64,000 bases of DNA. It comes from Nibricoccus sp. (lineage in GTDB: Bacteria; Verrucomicrobiota; Verrucomicrobiia; Opitutales; Opitutaceae). Position 1 is the first letter of the stretch; every line of letters begins with the position of its first letter. The notes below the pieces were generated by a model. It had not been told where the DNA came from, searched no databases, and worked only from the letters and a program-made list of their open reading frames with translations. The stretch covers positions 4,416,001-4,480,000 of the forward strand of contig JASGHG010000001.1 in assembly GCA_047602425.1 (NCBI GenBank), read 5' to 3'. This document shows positions 8,826 through 20,605 of the stretch, piece after piece. Made by a program: the position numbers and the translations under genes.

Positions 8826-11693
8826 CTATGATTTCAACGCCTCGGCGCAACGTGGACACACGTCAGCATGAGGTGTTTTCTCCACCGCGGGCACCCAGCG
8901 CCAGCAACGCGGGCAACGGGTATGTCCGAGTTCCTGAGAAGGGCGTACGTTGATGGTGAAAGAGGTCACAGATGCCGAGGAGATTCCGACATGCGAAACG
9001 ATAAAGAGCTCCGGCAAAAATTCCCGGTGCTTTTCTAGGAGTTTCGACGTGGCGGTGTCGGCGGTGGGAACTTCGAGCGTGAGGGCGGCATCGAGGGACT
9101 TGCCCAGTTTACCGGCGGCGCGGTGCGGTTCGATGGCTTCGTTGACCTGCGCGCGGATTTTCAGGAGCGCGGCAACGTCGGCGTCGAGTTCGGGATTGGT
9201 CCAAGCCGCGGGAGCTTCGGGCCAGTCCTGAAGGTGGATGGAGTCCTGCGCGTACTCGGACTTGGCGGTGCCAAACGACCAGGCTTCGTCCGCGGTGAAC
9301 GTGATGATTGGCGCGAGGATTTTAACCAGCGCTTGGAAAATGGCGTGAATGGCAGTCTGCGACGACCGACGAAGCGGGCTGTGTGTGCCGTGGGTGTAGA
9401 GACGATCCTTCAGGATGTCGTGATAAACGGCTGAGAGCGTCGTCGAGCAGAAATGATTGCACAGCTGATACACGCGGTGAAATTCATACGCGTCGTAAGC
9501 GGCGGTGCATTCTTTGATTAGCGTGGCAGTGTGATGGAGAGCCCAGCGGTCGAGCGTGTCCATTTCTTCGACCGGTACGGCGTCGCGCGCGGGCTCGAAA
9601 TCGAACAAGTTCGAGAGCTGATAACGGAAGGTGTTTCGCAGGAGACGATAGGCTTCGGCGACGATGTTGAGGATGCTCGACGGGTCTTTAAGATCCTTGT
9701 CGAGATCGGAGACGCGGATGTCGTCGGTGAAATTCTGCGAGGAAATCCAGAGGCGAATAACATCGGCCCCGTACTGCGCGATGTAATTGTCGGACGTCGG
9801 CGGTTTCTCGTACTGGCCGGACTTCGAGATTTTTTTGCCGTCCTTGCCGACAATGAAACCATGGGTGAGCACGCGTTTGTAAGGCGCGCCGCCTTGGGCG
9901 ATGACGCCGGTCCAGAGTGAAGACTGGAACCAGCCGCGATGCTGGTCGCTGCCCTCGAGATAAAGATCCGCGGGCCACTGGGTGCCGCCCTGGCCGCGTT
10001 TGAGAACCGCAGCATGTGACGAACCAGAGTCTATCCACACGTCGAGCGTGTCGCGGCCGCAGGTGAGGGCGGAAGCCGCGGGCCAGCCGGCGGGAAGGGC
10101 GATGCCTTCGAGGATTTGTGCGGCATTGGCGTTGTACCAGAAGTTGGTGCCTTGCTTTTCGATCTTGGCGGCAACGGTGCGAACGACCGACGCGTCAAGA
10201 TAGGCGTTTTTCTTTTCGTCGTAGAATGCGATGATCGGCACGCCCCAGGAACGTTGGCGGCTGATGCACCAATCGGGACGCGATTCGACAGCGCCACGAA
10301 TGCGGGATTCACCCCAGGCGGGGATCCACGCGACCTTGCCGATGGCGTCGAGGGCGGAGGTGCGCGTTCCGCTTTTGTCGAGCGAGACGAACCACTGGTC
10401 AACGGCACGGAAAATAATCGGCGTCTTCGAACGCCAGCAATGCGGATAGCTGTGCGTGAGTTTGGCCTTCGCGAGCAAGGCGCCGGCGGCGTCGAGTTTT
10501 TTGAGGACGGCGACGTTGGCGGCGGAGGTGCGTTTCTTTTCGAGATCCTCGACGGACTCGAGGCAGCTCAAGCCAACCAAATCGGCGGGGACTTTTCCAT
10601 CGTCGACGTATTTGCCATCGTCGCCCACGGGGCAGTAGATCTCGAGTTTGTACTTGAGACCGGTGATGTAGTCCTCGGAACCGTGGCCCGGAGCGGTGTG
10701 CACACAGCCGGTGCCGCTGTCGGTAGTGACATATTCGGCAAGGACAACCGGCGATGCGCGGTCGATGAAAGGATGGCGCGGGGCCAAGCCTTCGAGCTTT
10801 GCGCCAGCCAAGGTGGTGAGGATCGCAGGCTGCGTTTCGGATTTCGCGGCGGTGAGTACGGAACTCAGCAACGGATGGGCGACGATGATGCGCTCGGCGC
10901 CGAGGTCGGCGACGACGTATTCAACTTCTGGATGCACCGCAATCGCGAGATTGGCGGGAATCGTCCATGGCGTTGTCGTCCAGATAACGACGAAGAGCGG
11001 CTTGTCGGCGGGCAGGCCGAATTTTTTCGCTTCGTCCTCCGGCACGCGGAATTTCACCCAGATCGATGGCGAGACGTGGTCTTTGTATTCGATCTCGGCT
11101 TCGGCAAGGGCGGTTTCAAATGGGATGGACCAGTAAACGGGTTTCTTAGAACGGTAGACCAGACCTTTTTCGACAAACGCGGCGAAGGTACGGATGATAT
11201 CGGCTTCGTACGCGGGGGCTTTGGTTTTGTATTCCGAGGCCCAGTCGGCGAGCACGCCGAGACGCTTGAATTGCTTGGTTTGGGTCTTGATCCAGGTTTC
11301 GGAAAACTCGTCGCACAGGGTGCGCATCTCGGCCGTCGAGAGCGTTTTCTTTTCGGCCTGCAATTGGCGCATGACCTTTTGTTCGATCGGCAGACCGTGG
11401 CAGTCCCAGCCGGGAACGTATGGCGTGCGGAAGCCGCGCATGGATTTATAGCGAAGGACGATGTCCTTGAGCGTCTTGTTCAGCGCGGTGCCAATGTGCA
11501 CGTCGCCGTTGGTAAACGGCGGGCCGTCGTGGAGAACGAAAGCGGGAGCGGCGGCGCGTTTCTTTTGGATGGCAGCATAGAGTCCCAGCTTCTCCCAATG
11601 CGCCTGCCGGGCGGGTTCGCGTCCCACGAGGTTGGCCCTCATTGGGAAATCAGTTTTAGGAAGCTGAAGTGTGTCTTTCAGGTCTTGCGCCAT
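8826..11693 (-). CDS. ileS: Isoleucine--tRNA ligase
   Basis: LHDGPPFTNGDVHIG, GWDCHGLPIE, WTTTPWT, DWCISRQRSWG, EGSDQHRGWF, KISKS, C-terminal CPRC..CPRC zinc finger. Confidence 0.98.
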   Translation of the reverse strand: MAQDLKDTLQLPKTDFPMRANLVGREPARQAHWEKLGLYAAIQKKRAAAPAFVLHDGPPFTNGDVHIGTALNKTLKDIVLRYKSMRGFRTPYVPGWDCHGLPIEQKVMRQLQAEKKTLSTAEMRTLCDEFSETWIKTQTKQFKRLGVLADWASEYKTKAPAYEADIIRTFAAFVEKGLVYRSKKPVYWSIPFETALAEAEIEYKDHVSPSIWVKFRVPEDEAKKFGLPADKPLFVVIWTTTPWTIPANLAIAVHPEVEYVVADLGAERIIVAHPLLSSVLTAAKSETQPAILTTLAGAKLEGLAPRHPFIDRASPVVLAEYVTTDSGTGCVHTAPGHGSEDYITGLKYKLEIYCPVGDDGKYVDDGKVPADLVGLSCLESVEDLEKKRTSAANVAVLKKLDAAGALLAKAKLTHSYPHCWRSKTPIIFRAVDQWFVSLDKSGTRTSALDAIGKVAWIPAWGESRIRGAVESRPDWCISRQRSWGVPIIAFYDEKKNAYLDASVVRTVAAKIEKQGTNFWYNANAAQILEGIALPAGWPAASALTCGRDTLDVWIDSGSSHAAVLKRGQGGTQWPADLYLEGSDQHRGWFQSSLWTGVIAQGGAPYKRVLTHGFIVGKDGKKISKSGQYEKPPTSDNYIAQYGADVIRLWISSQNFTDDIRVSDLDKDLKDPSSILNIVAEAYRLLRNTFRYQLSNLFDFEPARDAVPVEEMDTLDRWALHHTATLIKECTAAYDAYEFHRVYQLCNHFCSTTLSAVYHDILKDRLYTHGTHSPLRRSSQTAIHAIFQALVKILAPIITFTADEAWSFGTAKSEYAQDSIHLQDWPEAPAAWTNPELDADVAALLKIRAQVNEAIEPHRAAGKLGKSLDAALTLEVPTADTATSKLLEKHREFLPELFIVSHVGISSASVTSFTINVRPSQELGHTRCPRCWRWVPAVEKTPHADVCPRCAEALKS

Positions 11694-11851
11694 GCCAAAG
11701 AAAAGCGCGGAAGGCTATGCAGGTACCCCCTTGAGTCAAGGGAAGACGTTGGCAGGGTTTGCGAGTGGCTTTGGCCGGAATTGAGGCATTCGCAACCGAG
11801 CCCAATGGGGACTGCGTCCCACGGCGAACGGGTCAGGTCGCTGCGGGTCGA

Positions 11852-12880
11852 CTATTTCCAGCTTGTAACCGTGTCGACGAGGGACTGCATGCACTCGATT
11901 TTGGCGGCGGGAGTGATGCCGTGACCGAGATTGAAGATGTGGCCATTGGTTCCCCGCATCGAATCGAGCAGGCGACTGGTTGCAGAGCGGACGATACCCG
12001 GCGTCGTTTGCATGAGCACGGGATCAAGATTGCCCTGAACGGCGACGTTCGCGGGCAGGTTGCGGCGGACAATAGCGAGATCGCAGGTCCAGTCGACGCT
12101 GATGACTTTCACGCCAGAAAACGCCTGGTCGGTGAGTTGCGCGGCCGTGCCTTTTGCGTAAAGAATGACCGGAAAATCCTTCGGTAAGGCAGCAACAATT
12201 TGCCGTATCCAACGCAGCGACGCCGCTTCGTAGTCTGGCCCGGCGAGAATGCCGCCCCAGGAATCGAAAATCTGAATCGCGTCGGCTCCCGCGCGGATTT
12301 GCATCTGAAAGTAGGCGATGAGCGCAGCGGTGAGTTTTTCGAGCAGCGCGTCGAAGGTGGCGCGTTCGGTATAAAAGAGCAGTTTGCTGCGTTCGAAATC
12401 GTCGGAGCTTCCTCCCTCGATCATATAGGTGGCGAGCGTCCAAGGGGAACCACCGAATCCCAACAAGGCTTTCTGCCTGGACAGTTCTTTTTTGAGCAGG
12501 GCGAGTGTTTCGGCGACGTAATTCAACCGTTCGGGCACCGCGTTGGCGGGAGCCAGGGCGTCGACTTGCGCACGGGTTTCCAAGCGATAGGCCATCGCGA
12601 TGCCGCCGGTGTCGCGGAACGTGTAGGCCTGGCCGAGTGCCTCGGGAATCACGAGGATGTCTGAAAAAAGAATGGCCGCATCGAGCGCGAAACGGTGCAG
12701 CGGTTGCAGGGTGACCTCGGTGGCGAGCGCGGGCGTTTTCACCATTTCGAGGAAGGACGACTTGGCTTTGAGCTCGCGATACTCGGGCAGGTAGCGGCCG
12801 GCTTGACGCATCACCCAGATCGGCGGGCGGTCGAGCGGTTGGCAGGCGGCGGCGGCGAGGAAACGTTCGCGAGAAGTCAT
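11852..12880 (-). CDS. hemE: Uroporphyrinogen decarboxylase
   Basis: PIWVMRQAGRYLPEY, AILFSDIL, QIFDSW, QGNLDP, FNLGHG. Confidence 0.97.
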   Translation of the reverse strand: MTSRERFLAAAACQPLDRPPIWVMRQAGRYLPEYRELKAKSSFLEMVKTPALATEVTLQPLHRFALDAAILFSDILVIPEALGQAYTFRDTGGIAMAYRLETRAQVDALAPANAVPERLNYVAETLALLKKELSRQKALLGFGGSPWTLATYMIEGGSSDDFERSKLLFYTERATFDALLEKLTAALIAYFQMQIRAGADAIQIFDSWGGILAGPDYEAASLRWIRQIVAALPKDFPVILYAKGTAAQLTDQAFSGVKVISVDWTCDLAIVRRNLPANVAVQGNLDPVLMQTTPGIVRSATSRLLDSMRGTNGHIFNLGHGITPAAKIECMQSLVDTVTSWK

Positions 12881-12906
12881 TGAAGCAAGGAGACAGAAGT
12901 CAGGAG

Positions 12907-14816
<1,910 letters not shown>

Positions 14817-14823
14817 TTGGCCT

Positions 14824-15483
14824 CTAGATTACATCGACGGACGGTAACTCCAGCTTTGCGATCGCGGCCATGATGCGCTGCGAGCAAAGCAGATAACGCT
14901 CTTTGCCCGCCGACGGATCGTCGTAGTCCGACGGATAAAGCGGTTTCCCGTAAACGACGGACACGGGCGTGCCAAAGCGCACTTTGCCATCTTTGCCAAA
15001 CGCGCGAAAAGAGCCAAAAACGCGGGCGGGCACCACCGGCACCCCGGTGCGGCAGGCAAGCAGGCCCACACCTGGTTTGGCAGTCTGAAGATTGCCGTCG
15101 GTGGAACGGGTGCCTTCGGGAAAAAGGATGATGACCTTGTTGTTTTTTAGAGCACCCAGCACGCGCTTGATCGCAGTGACGTCAGTGCCACCGTCGCGGT
15201 CGACGGGAATGGTGCCCACGGCATTAAGCCACCAGGAGGCGAAGCCGGGTTTCCAAAGGGTTTTTCGGGCGAAAAAACAAACTTGTTGGGAAATCAGACT
15301 GCCAACGATCGGAGGATCGAGGTGGCTGGCATGATTGGAGGCGATCATGAACCCGCCGTCAGCGGGAAGATTTTCCAGGCCGTAACTTTCGCCGCGGAAG
15401 AGCAGTTCGTAGAGCTGCCGCAGCACGTAGTGGGAGAAGCCATACATCGGCTCCATGTCCAGTTGGTCGTGAGGGCGGTTCAT
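14824..15483 (-). CDS. plsC: 1-acyl-sn-glycerol-3-phosphate acyltransferase
   Basis: NHASHLD, FPEGTRS, KPG motifs; follows cmk. Confidence 0.88.
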   Translation of the reverse strand: MNRPHDQLDMEPMYGFSHYVLRQLYELLFRGESYGLENLPADGGFMIASNHASHLDPPIVGSLISQQVCFFARKTLWKPGFASWWLNAVGTIPVDRDGGTDVTAIKRVLGALKNNKVIILFPEGTRSTDGNLQTAKPGVGLLACRTGVPVVPARVFGSFRAFGKDGKVRFGTPVSVVYGKPLYPSDYDDPSAGKERYLLCSQRIMAAIAKLELPSVDVI

Positions 15484-16154
15484 GCGGAGGTGAGTCGGGT
15501 GCTGATAAGCGCGGACAATTTTTCAACAACCTGCGCCAAGGTCAAATGCGTGCTGTCAATGTCGGTGGCGCCAGCGGGGACGGTGAGTGGCGCGGTTTTG
15601 CGTTGCGAATCGAGGCGGTCGCGCTCGGCGATCTGGTCGGCCTGGCCTTGTTCGGCACGACGGCGAGCGCGTTCCTCGGGATCGGCGTGAAGGAAAAACC
15701 GGAAGTCGGCATTGGGAAAAATCACCGAACCAATATCCCGGCCTTCCATCACGAGGCCGCGAAAACCTTTTGCGCGGGCGACCTCGGCCTGGCCGCGCTG
15801 GTAGGCGAGGAGGGCGGCGCGCAATTCGGGAATGGCGGCGAAATGGGAGACGGCGGCGGTGACCTCGGCGCTGCGGATGCGGGCTTCAGGAACGACCTGG
15901 CCGCCGATTTCCATGAAAGCGGTGCGTCCTTCCACGCGTGTGCCAAGCGAAAGGTTCGTCAAAGCGGCTTTCACGGCGGTGTGATCGTGGCTTGCAACAC
16001 CGCGGGCGAGAAGTTCCGCCGTGACGGCGCGGTAAAACGAGCCGGTGTCGACGTGGAGCAGGTTGAAACGTTCGCTAATGGCGCGTGAAGTGGACGACTT
16101 GCCGGAGGCGGCGCCGCCATCGATGGCGACAATGATGAAAGAGGAGGAACTCAC
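15480..16154 (-). CDS. cmk: Cytidylate kinase
   Basis: AIDGGAASGKS, DTGSFYRA, EGRDIGSVIFP, RDRLDSQR. Confidence 0.96.
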   Translation of the reverse strand: MSSSSFIIVAIDGGAASGKSSTSRAISERFNLLHVDTGSFYRAVTAELLARGVASHDHTAVKAALTNLSLGTRVEGRTAFMEIGGQVVPEARIRSAEVTAAVSHFAAIPELRAALLAYQRGQAEVARAKGFRGLVMEGRDIGSVIFPNADFRFFLHADPEERARRRAEQGQADQIAERDRLDSQRKTAPLTVPAGATDIDSTHLTLAQVVEKLSALISTRLTSA

Positions 16155-17491
16155 GGAGAAAGGTGCGAAGTTGTCCGAAGCTCGTTCAAGACGTCGAAAA
16201 AGTTCGGGAAAGTCTTTTTGCAGCAGGCGGGATCCTTGATTGTGAGCCAGGGCCTACCATTGCCGAGCAAGTCGTAACAGCCAAGAATGGCGAAGCTCAT
16301 TGCGAAACGGTGATCGCCATAGGTTTCGATGGTGATACCGGGCGTGAGGGGGCGCGGATGGATTTCGAGTGAATCCTCGGTTTCGACGACGTCCTGGCCG
16401 AGTTTTCTCAATTCGCGCGCCATGCCGGCGACGCGGTCCGTCTCCTGTTTCCGTGTGTGGGCGATGCCGGAGATTTTCGTCGGTCCGTCGAGCAGCGGGG
16501 AAATCGCGGCAAGGGTGAGAAAGGTGTCGGAGAATTCGCGGAAATCGCGAACGAGACCGAAGCGTTTTGAAGTGGGGCTGTACGCCACTTGGATTGCACC
16601 TTCTGTCGCGCCGATTGTTGCGCCGACTTGTTCGAGCGCGGTGAGGAATTGGGTATCGCCTTGGAGGCCTTGCTTCGGAGCGGAAAGATTCGGGATGGAG
16701 ATTGCTCCGCCTACACCCAACGGCAGAGCGGCAAAATAGCTGGCTGCCGTAGCGTCAGGCTCGATGGCATAGGTTGCAGCTATGGAAAAACCGCTGCGTG
16801 GCACTTCAATGATATTTCCGGTACGCTGCAATTTGGCACTGAAGCCGAATTGCGTCATTTGGTTTATCGTCATCTCCACAAACGGCCAGCGAACCGCGCC
16901 GTTGAGTTTGATTTGCAGCGCCGAGGCCGCCAGCGGCGCAACCATCAGCAAGGCGGAAAGCATCTGGCTGCTCTCGCTGGCATCGATTTCGACTTCTCCG
17001 CCACGCAGGCCATGCGCGTGTAGTTCGATGGGAAAAAATCCTTTTTCGCCGAGATAGTTTATTTCCGCGCCCTGGCTGGCGAGCGCGTCGAAGAGACCTT
17101 TCATCGGCCGCTTGCGCATTTGCGGCACGCCGTCGATGAGATACACGCCGCGCGGGACCGCGGCGCAGAGGGCGGTGAGGAAGCGAGCGGCGGTGCCTGC
17201 GAGACCGACGTGGAGGGTGGCTTTTTCGGCGGGGATTTTTCCACCGCGGCCTTCGACGTAGATCGTTTTTTGCGTGGGGTTTTCCTTCACCACGAAGCCG
17301 AGTTGGCGCAAGGCCTCGGCCATGATCTCCGTGTCCTCGCTGAATAAGGCGCCAGTGAGCGTGACCGGACCATCGCAAAGGGCGGCAAGGAGCAGAGCGC
17401 GATTGGTGATGCTTTTCGATCCGGGCAAAGTCACAGAACCGCGCACCGGACGTGTGAAGGGCTGGATCGGAAGCAGGTCGGGCAAAGGCAT
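16151..17491 (-). CDS. aroA: 3-phosphoshikimate 1-carboxyvinyltransferase
   Basis: PGSKSITNR, AGTAARF, KRPM, SSQ, KQETDR, YGDHR. Confidence 0.96.
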   Translation of the reverse strand: MPLPDLLPIQPFTRPVRGSVTLPGSKSITNRALLLAALCDGPVTLTGALFSEDTEIMAEALRQLGFVVKENPTQKTIYVEGRGGKIPAEKATLHVGLAGTAARFLTALCAAVPRGVYLIDGVPQMRKRPMKGLFDALASQGAEINYLGEKGFFPIELHAHGLRGGEVEIDASESSQMLSALLMVAPLAASALQIKLNGAVRWPFVEMTINQMTQFGFSAKLQRTGNIIEVPRSGFSIAATYAIEPDATAASYFAALPLGVGGAISIPNLSAPKQGLQGDTQFLTALEQVGATIGATEGAIQVAYSPTSKRFGLVRDFREFSDTFLTLAAISPLLDGPTKISGIAHTRKQETDRVAGMARELRKLGQDVVETEDSLEIHPRPLTPGITIETYGDHRFAMSFAILGCYDLLGNGRPWLTIKDPACCKKTFPNFFDVLNELRTTSHLSP

Positions 17492-17680
17492 GGAAATGGA
17501 AACGATCTAGCTCATGCAAAGCTGCGGAGACGCCAAGAAAGAAGTGCCGGGAAATTTTTCCTGCCAGGCGTCTAGTTTCTCCGTTTTTGCCTTACGGAGC
17601 ATTTCGCAGAAAAACCTTTGTCACGTAATACATGACAAACGGTCGAGGTGGGTATGGGAGCGGGCCGCAGGGACGGGGTT

Positions 17681-18529
17681 TCAAATTTTGAAACCGTCGC
17701 GATAGGTTTTACCACGCGTGAGGCGTTTGTGGAGTTCGTCCCATTCGCGGTTGGCGAGGGCAGCTTGGAAACCTTCGAGTTCGTTTTGGAAATCGCGAAG
17801 GGAGCGGAGGAGTTCTTCGCGATTTTGTTGGAAAATCTCGATCCACATCGTGGCGTCGCTCGCCGCGATACGTGTCGTGTCGCGCAGTCCGCCACCGGCA
17901 AAATCGCGCCAGGCGGGGTTTCTTTGCGCGAGAAAACTACAGAGCGTGGTGGCGATGGACTGCGGAAGGTGACTGATGTGCGCGACGATTTCATCGTGTT
18001 CGTCGGGGGAAACGCGCACGACGTGGGAGCCAAGTGCACGCCAGAAGATGGAAACGGTTTCCGTGGCGGTGGCAGGTGTTTCGGGTAGCGGCGTGACGAA
18101 GCAGGTGCGTCCTTCAAAGAGAGTGTCGCTACTGTTTTCCCAACCGGTTTTCTGGCTGCCGGCCATGGGATGCGAGCCGATGAAGCTGGCGTGGGAAGGA
18201 ATAGCGGAGGCGCAGGCCCGGGTCAGTTGTCCTTTGACGCTCCCGACGTCAGTAACAATAGCGCCGGACGGCAGGGCGGGAGCGATGGTCCGGGCGAGAT
18301 CGACGATTTTTTCGACCGGAGCGGCGAGGACGACGAGGTTGGCGTTACGCACGGCTTCTTCGGGCGTGTCGGTGACTTGGGTGCACCAAGGTTGCGCGCG
18401 GAGTTGTTCACGGACTTCGGGGCGACGAGCCCAGATGACGATGCGGCGCGCCAGCTTGCGAGTGTGGACGGCGCGGGCAACGGAGCCTCCGAGCAGGCCG
18501 GGTGCGAGTAGGGTCAATTGTTCGAACAC
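17681..18529 (-). CDS. tyrA: Prephenate/arogenate dehydrogenase
   Basis: GLLGGS, TDVGSVK, HPMAGS, HD...SHLP, GLRDTTRIA. Confidence 0.93.
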   Translation of the reverse strand: MFEQLTLLAPGLLGGSVARAVHTRKLARRIVIWARRPEVREQLRAQPWCTQVTDTPEEAVRNANLVVLAAPVEKIVDLARTIAPALPSGAIVTDVGSVKGQLTRACASAIPSHASFIGSHPMAGSQKTGWENSSDTLFEGRTCFVTPLPETPATATETVSIFWRALGSHVVRVSPDEHDEIVAHISHLPQSIATTLCSFLAQRNPAWRDFAGGGLRDTTRIAASDATMWIEIFQQNREELLRSLRDFQNELEGFQAALANREWDELHKRLTRGKTYRDGFKI

Positions 18530-18656
18530 AAAGACTGAAAACGGGAATGATGGGGCGATGTCGAGCCCGACGATTCACCGGGTCGTTGAGGGCTGGCGCT
18601 GGTGCGGAGGAATTGGTTTGTCAGCGGAGAAGGGCCGGACAGATTTTTGAGCCGTC

Positions 18657-18770
18657 ATGACCGCCACCGAAGAAGAGAAAAAGAAAGCCCGCCGGGCTGT
18701 TTTGATTCTCTATTTTTGCATGATTATGGGGATAGGTCTGCCTATTGTATTGTATTTTGCACTAAGGTAA
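18657..18770 (+). CDS. Small single-TM membrane protein (37 aa)
   Basis: Hand translation MTATEEEKKKARRAVLILYFCMIMGIGLPIVLYFALR, 18 bp upstream of the PIN/TRAM gene. Confidence 0.5.
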   Translation: MTATEEEKKKARRAVLILYFCMIMGIGLPIVLYFALR

Positions 18771-18788
18771 GTCATTGGTGATCACCAG

Positions 18789-19817
18789 ATGAACAAAACC
18801 CTGCTGCCCATTCGTCTGGTCTTTGTTTCGCTGTGCGCGTTCACGGGGTGGCTGATTTGTTTGACGAATCCCGCGTGGGATCGGCTGCAGTTTATGTCAG
18901 TGAGCATCGGATTTTTTATCGGTGTTCTTGTCGTGCTGACGGACATTCTGCTGAAGGGTTTTTCACTCCGCGGCCTGTCTGCGATTACGTTCGGATTGGG
19001 AATTGGCCTGCTCATCGCCTACATGATTCACATCTCACCGCTGATGTCGGATGGCGATCCGCAGGTGATCTATCTTGTGCGTTTAGCTCTCTTTCTCGTG
19101 GTTCCTTATCTATGCATCGTGATCGCGTTGCGGGGAAAGGACGAATTCAACTTGGTCATTCCTTACGTGCGTTTTGTACCTCACGAAGTGGAAGTACCCT
19201 TTGTGGTGGTCGACACGAGTGCGCTGATCGACGGTCGTGTGACCAAGGTATGCGAGGCGGGTTTTTTGAATGCCGCGCTGGTGATTCCGCGTTTTATTCT
19301 CGATGAATTGCACGCGGTGGCCGACTCCTCCGACCCGCACAAACAAGCTCGCGGCCGACGCGGTTTGGAAACGCTGAATGCTCTCCGCAAGATCAAGCAC
19401 ATCGACATCCGCACGCCCGAAAGTGACCTCACGAAAAAACAGGACGTGGATGCGAAGCTGGTATTTCTCGCGCAGTCGATGAAGGCGAAATTGCTGACGA
19501 CGGATTTCAATCTCGCGAAGATGGCGGAATTTCACGGCGTGCATTGGCTAAATCTCAACACGCTGGCCAAGGCCTTGCGGCCCGAATTGGTGCTAGGTGA
19601 AAGGCTCGAAGTCGAACTCGTGAAACCCGGCAAGGACGAAGGCCAGGCGGTAGGGTACCTGGAGGATGGTTCGATGGTAGTCGTGAGCAATGCGCGCCAG
19701 TTTGTCGGCCGGCTGGTGCATGTGGAAATCGCCAGCGTGCTGCCGTCGGCGGGCGGAAAAATGATTTTTGCCCGTTTGGTTTCCGAGGAAAAACAGCCAG
19801 GCTCTGTCGCGGGGTAG
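18789..19817 (+). CDS. PIN/TRAM domain membrane protein (YacL-like)
   Basis: 4 N-terminal TMs, VDTSALIDGR, TTDFNL, GVGYLEDG-like motif, GKMIFAR. Confidence 0.92.
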   Translation: MNKTLLPIRLVFVSLCAFTGWLICLTNPAWDRLQFMSVSIGFFIGVLVVLTDILLKGFSLRGLSAITFGLGIGLLIAYMIHISPLMSDGDPQVIYLVRLALFLVVPYLCIVIALRGKDEFNLVIPYVRFVPHEVEVPFVVVDTSALIDGRVTKVCEAGFLNAALVIPRFILDELHAVADSSDPHKQARGRRGLETLNALRKIKHIDIRTPESDLTKKQDVDAKLVFLAQSMKAKLLTTDFNLAKMAEFHGVHWLNLNTLAKALRPELVLGERLEVELVKPGKDEGQAVGYLEDGSMVVVSNARQFVGRLVHVEIASVLPSAGGKMIFARLVSEEKQPGSVAG

Positions 19818-19952
19818 GCCGGGCAAAAGCTGCCTTGTTCTTTGGGGCTTCTTTTGCGCCATCAACATTGCCGAATGGTAATGTTTGCGCAATATCACCG
19901 TAATGATCTTCCGAGAGAATCCCTAGGATCCTAGGTTTCGAAAAGTTCATCC

Positions 19953-20570
19953 ATGTTGCTTCTGAAAAAAACGAGATTTGTTCTGAGCGCTGCCGCAGCG
20001 GTGGCTGGATTTATTTCGTGTCCCGCTCGAGGAGAAGAGGCCACGGCGCCGGCGCCTGCGGCTACAGCCGGCGAGTCCGTTGTAAAGGACGAACTCTCTC
20101 TGTTCGGTGAATTTCTCGACCAGAATCCGACCATCGAGGCCCGGCTGCGCGAGAAAACGGCCTTGGTCAACGATCCGGCCTTTATCAAAAATCATCGGCC
20201 GTTCGGCGAATTCCTCGAACTGCATCCCGCCATTCGCGCGGAGCTTGCCGCTCGACCGCGCTGGTTTCTCCATCGTGAATTCATTCGCCAGTCCACGCCT
20301 CCCGTAACTCCGGAACAAATCGCGGAGTTTGACCAATTTCTCGACCAACATCCCGAGCTAGCGACTCAGCTTACGCCCAATCCCCAATTACTGAGTCAGA
20401 AGGAATTCTTCAACCGCACGCCCGCGCTGCAGGAATACGTTTTGCGGCATCCGGAAATTCATCGCACCGTCACCGTCCTGAAGCCCGGGCCACTATTGAA
20501 ACCAGTGGCTCCCATCGTTCCAGCGAAACGCCCGGAGGTGCCCAAGGTTCGAGTCAAAGTTAAACCGTGA
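19953..20570 (+). CDS. Secreted hypothetical protein with internal F.EFLD.HP repeats
   Basis: Signal peptide; repeats FGEFLDQNP / FGEFLELHP / FDQFLDQHP / LQEYVLRHP. Confidence 0.7.
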   Translation: MLLLKKTRFVLSAAAAVAGFISCPARGEEATAPAPAATAGESVVKDELSLFGEFLDQNPTIEARLREKTALVNDPAFIKNHRPFGEFLELHPAIRAELAARPRWFLHREFIRQSTPPVTPEQIAEFDQFLDQHPELATQLTPNPQLLSQKEFFNRTPALQEYVLRHPEIHRTVTVLKPGPLLKPVAPIVPAKRPEVPKVRVKVKP

Positions 20571-20605
20571 GATAACTCGGCGATAATTTTAGTGCAAAGC
20601 GGCAG

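Noticed and set aside
10116..11924. 602-aa ORF antisense to ileS (likewise 30507..32042, 53690..54955, 57310..58836, 5862..6803, 51051..52376)
   Set aside because: Shadow ORFs opposite well-supported genes, expected in GC-rich DNA; no motifs
16540..16920. Apparent AT-richer patch within aroA as a recombination tract
   Set aside because: An impression by eye only, falling in the naturally variable part of AroA; not supportable without comparison
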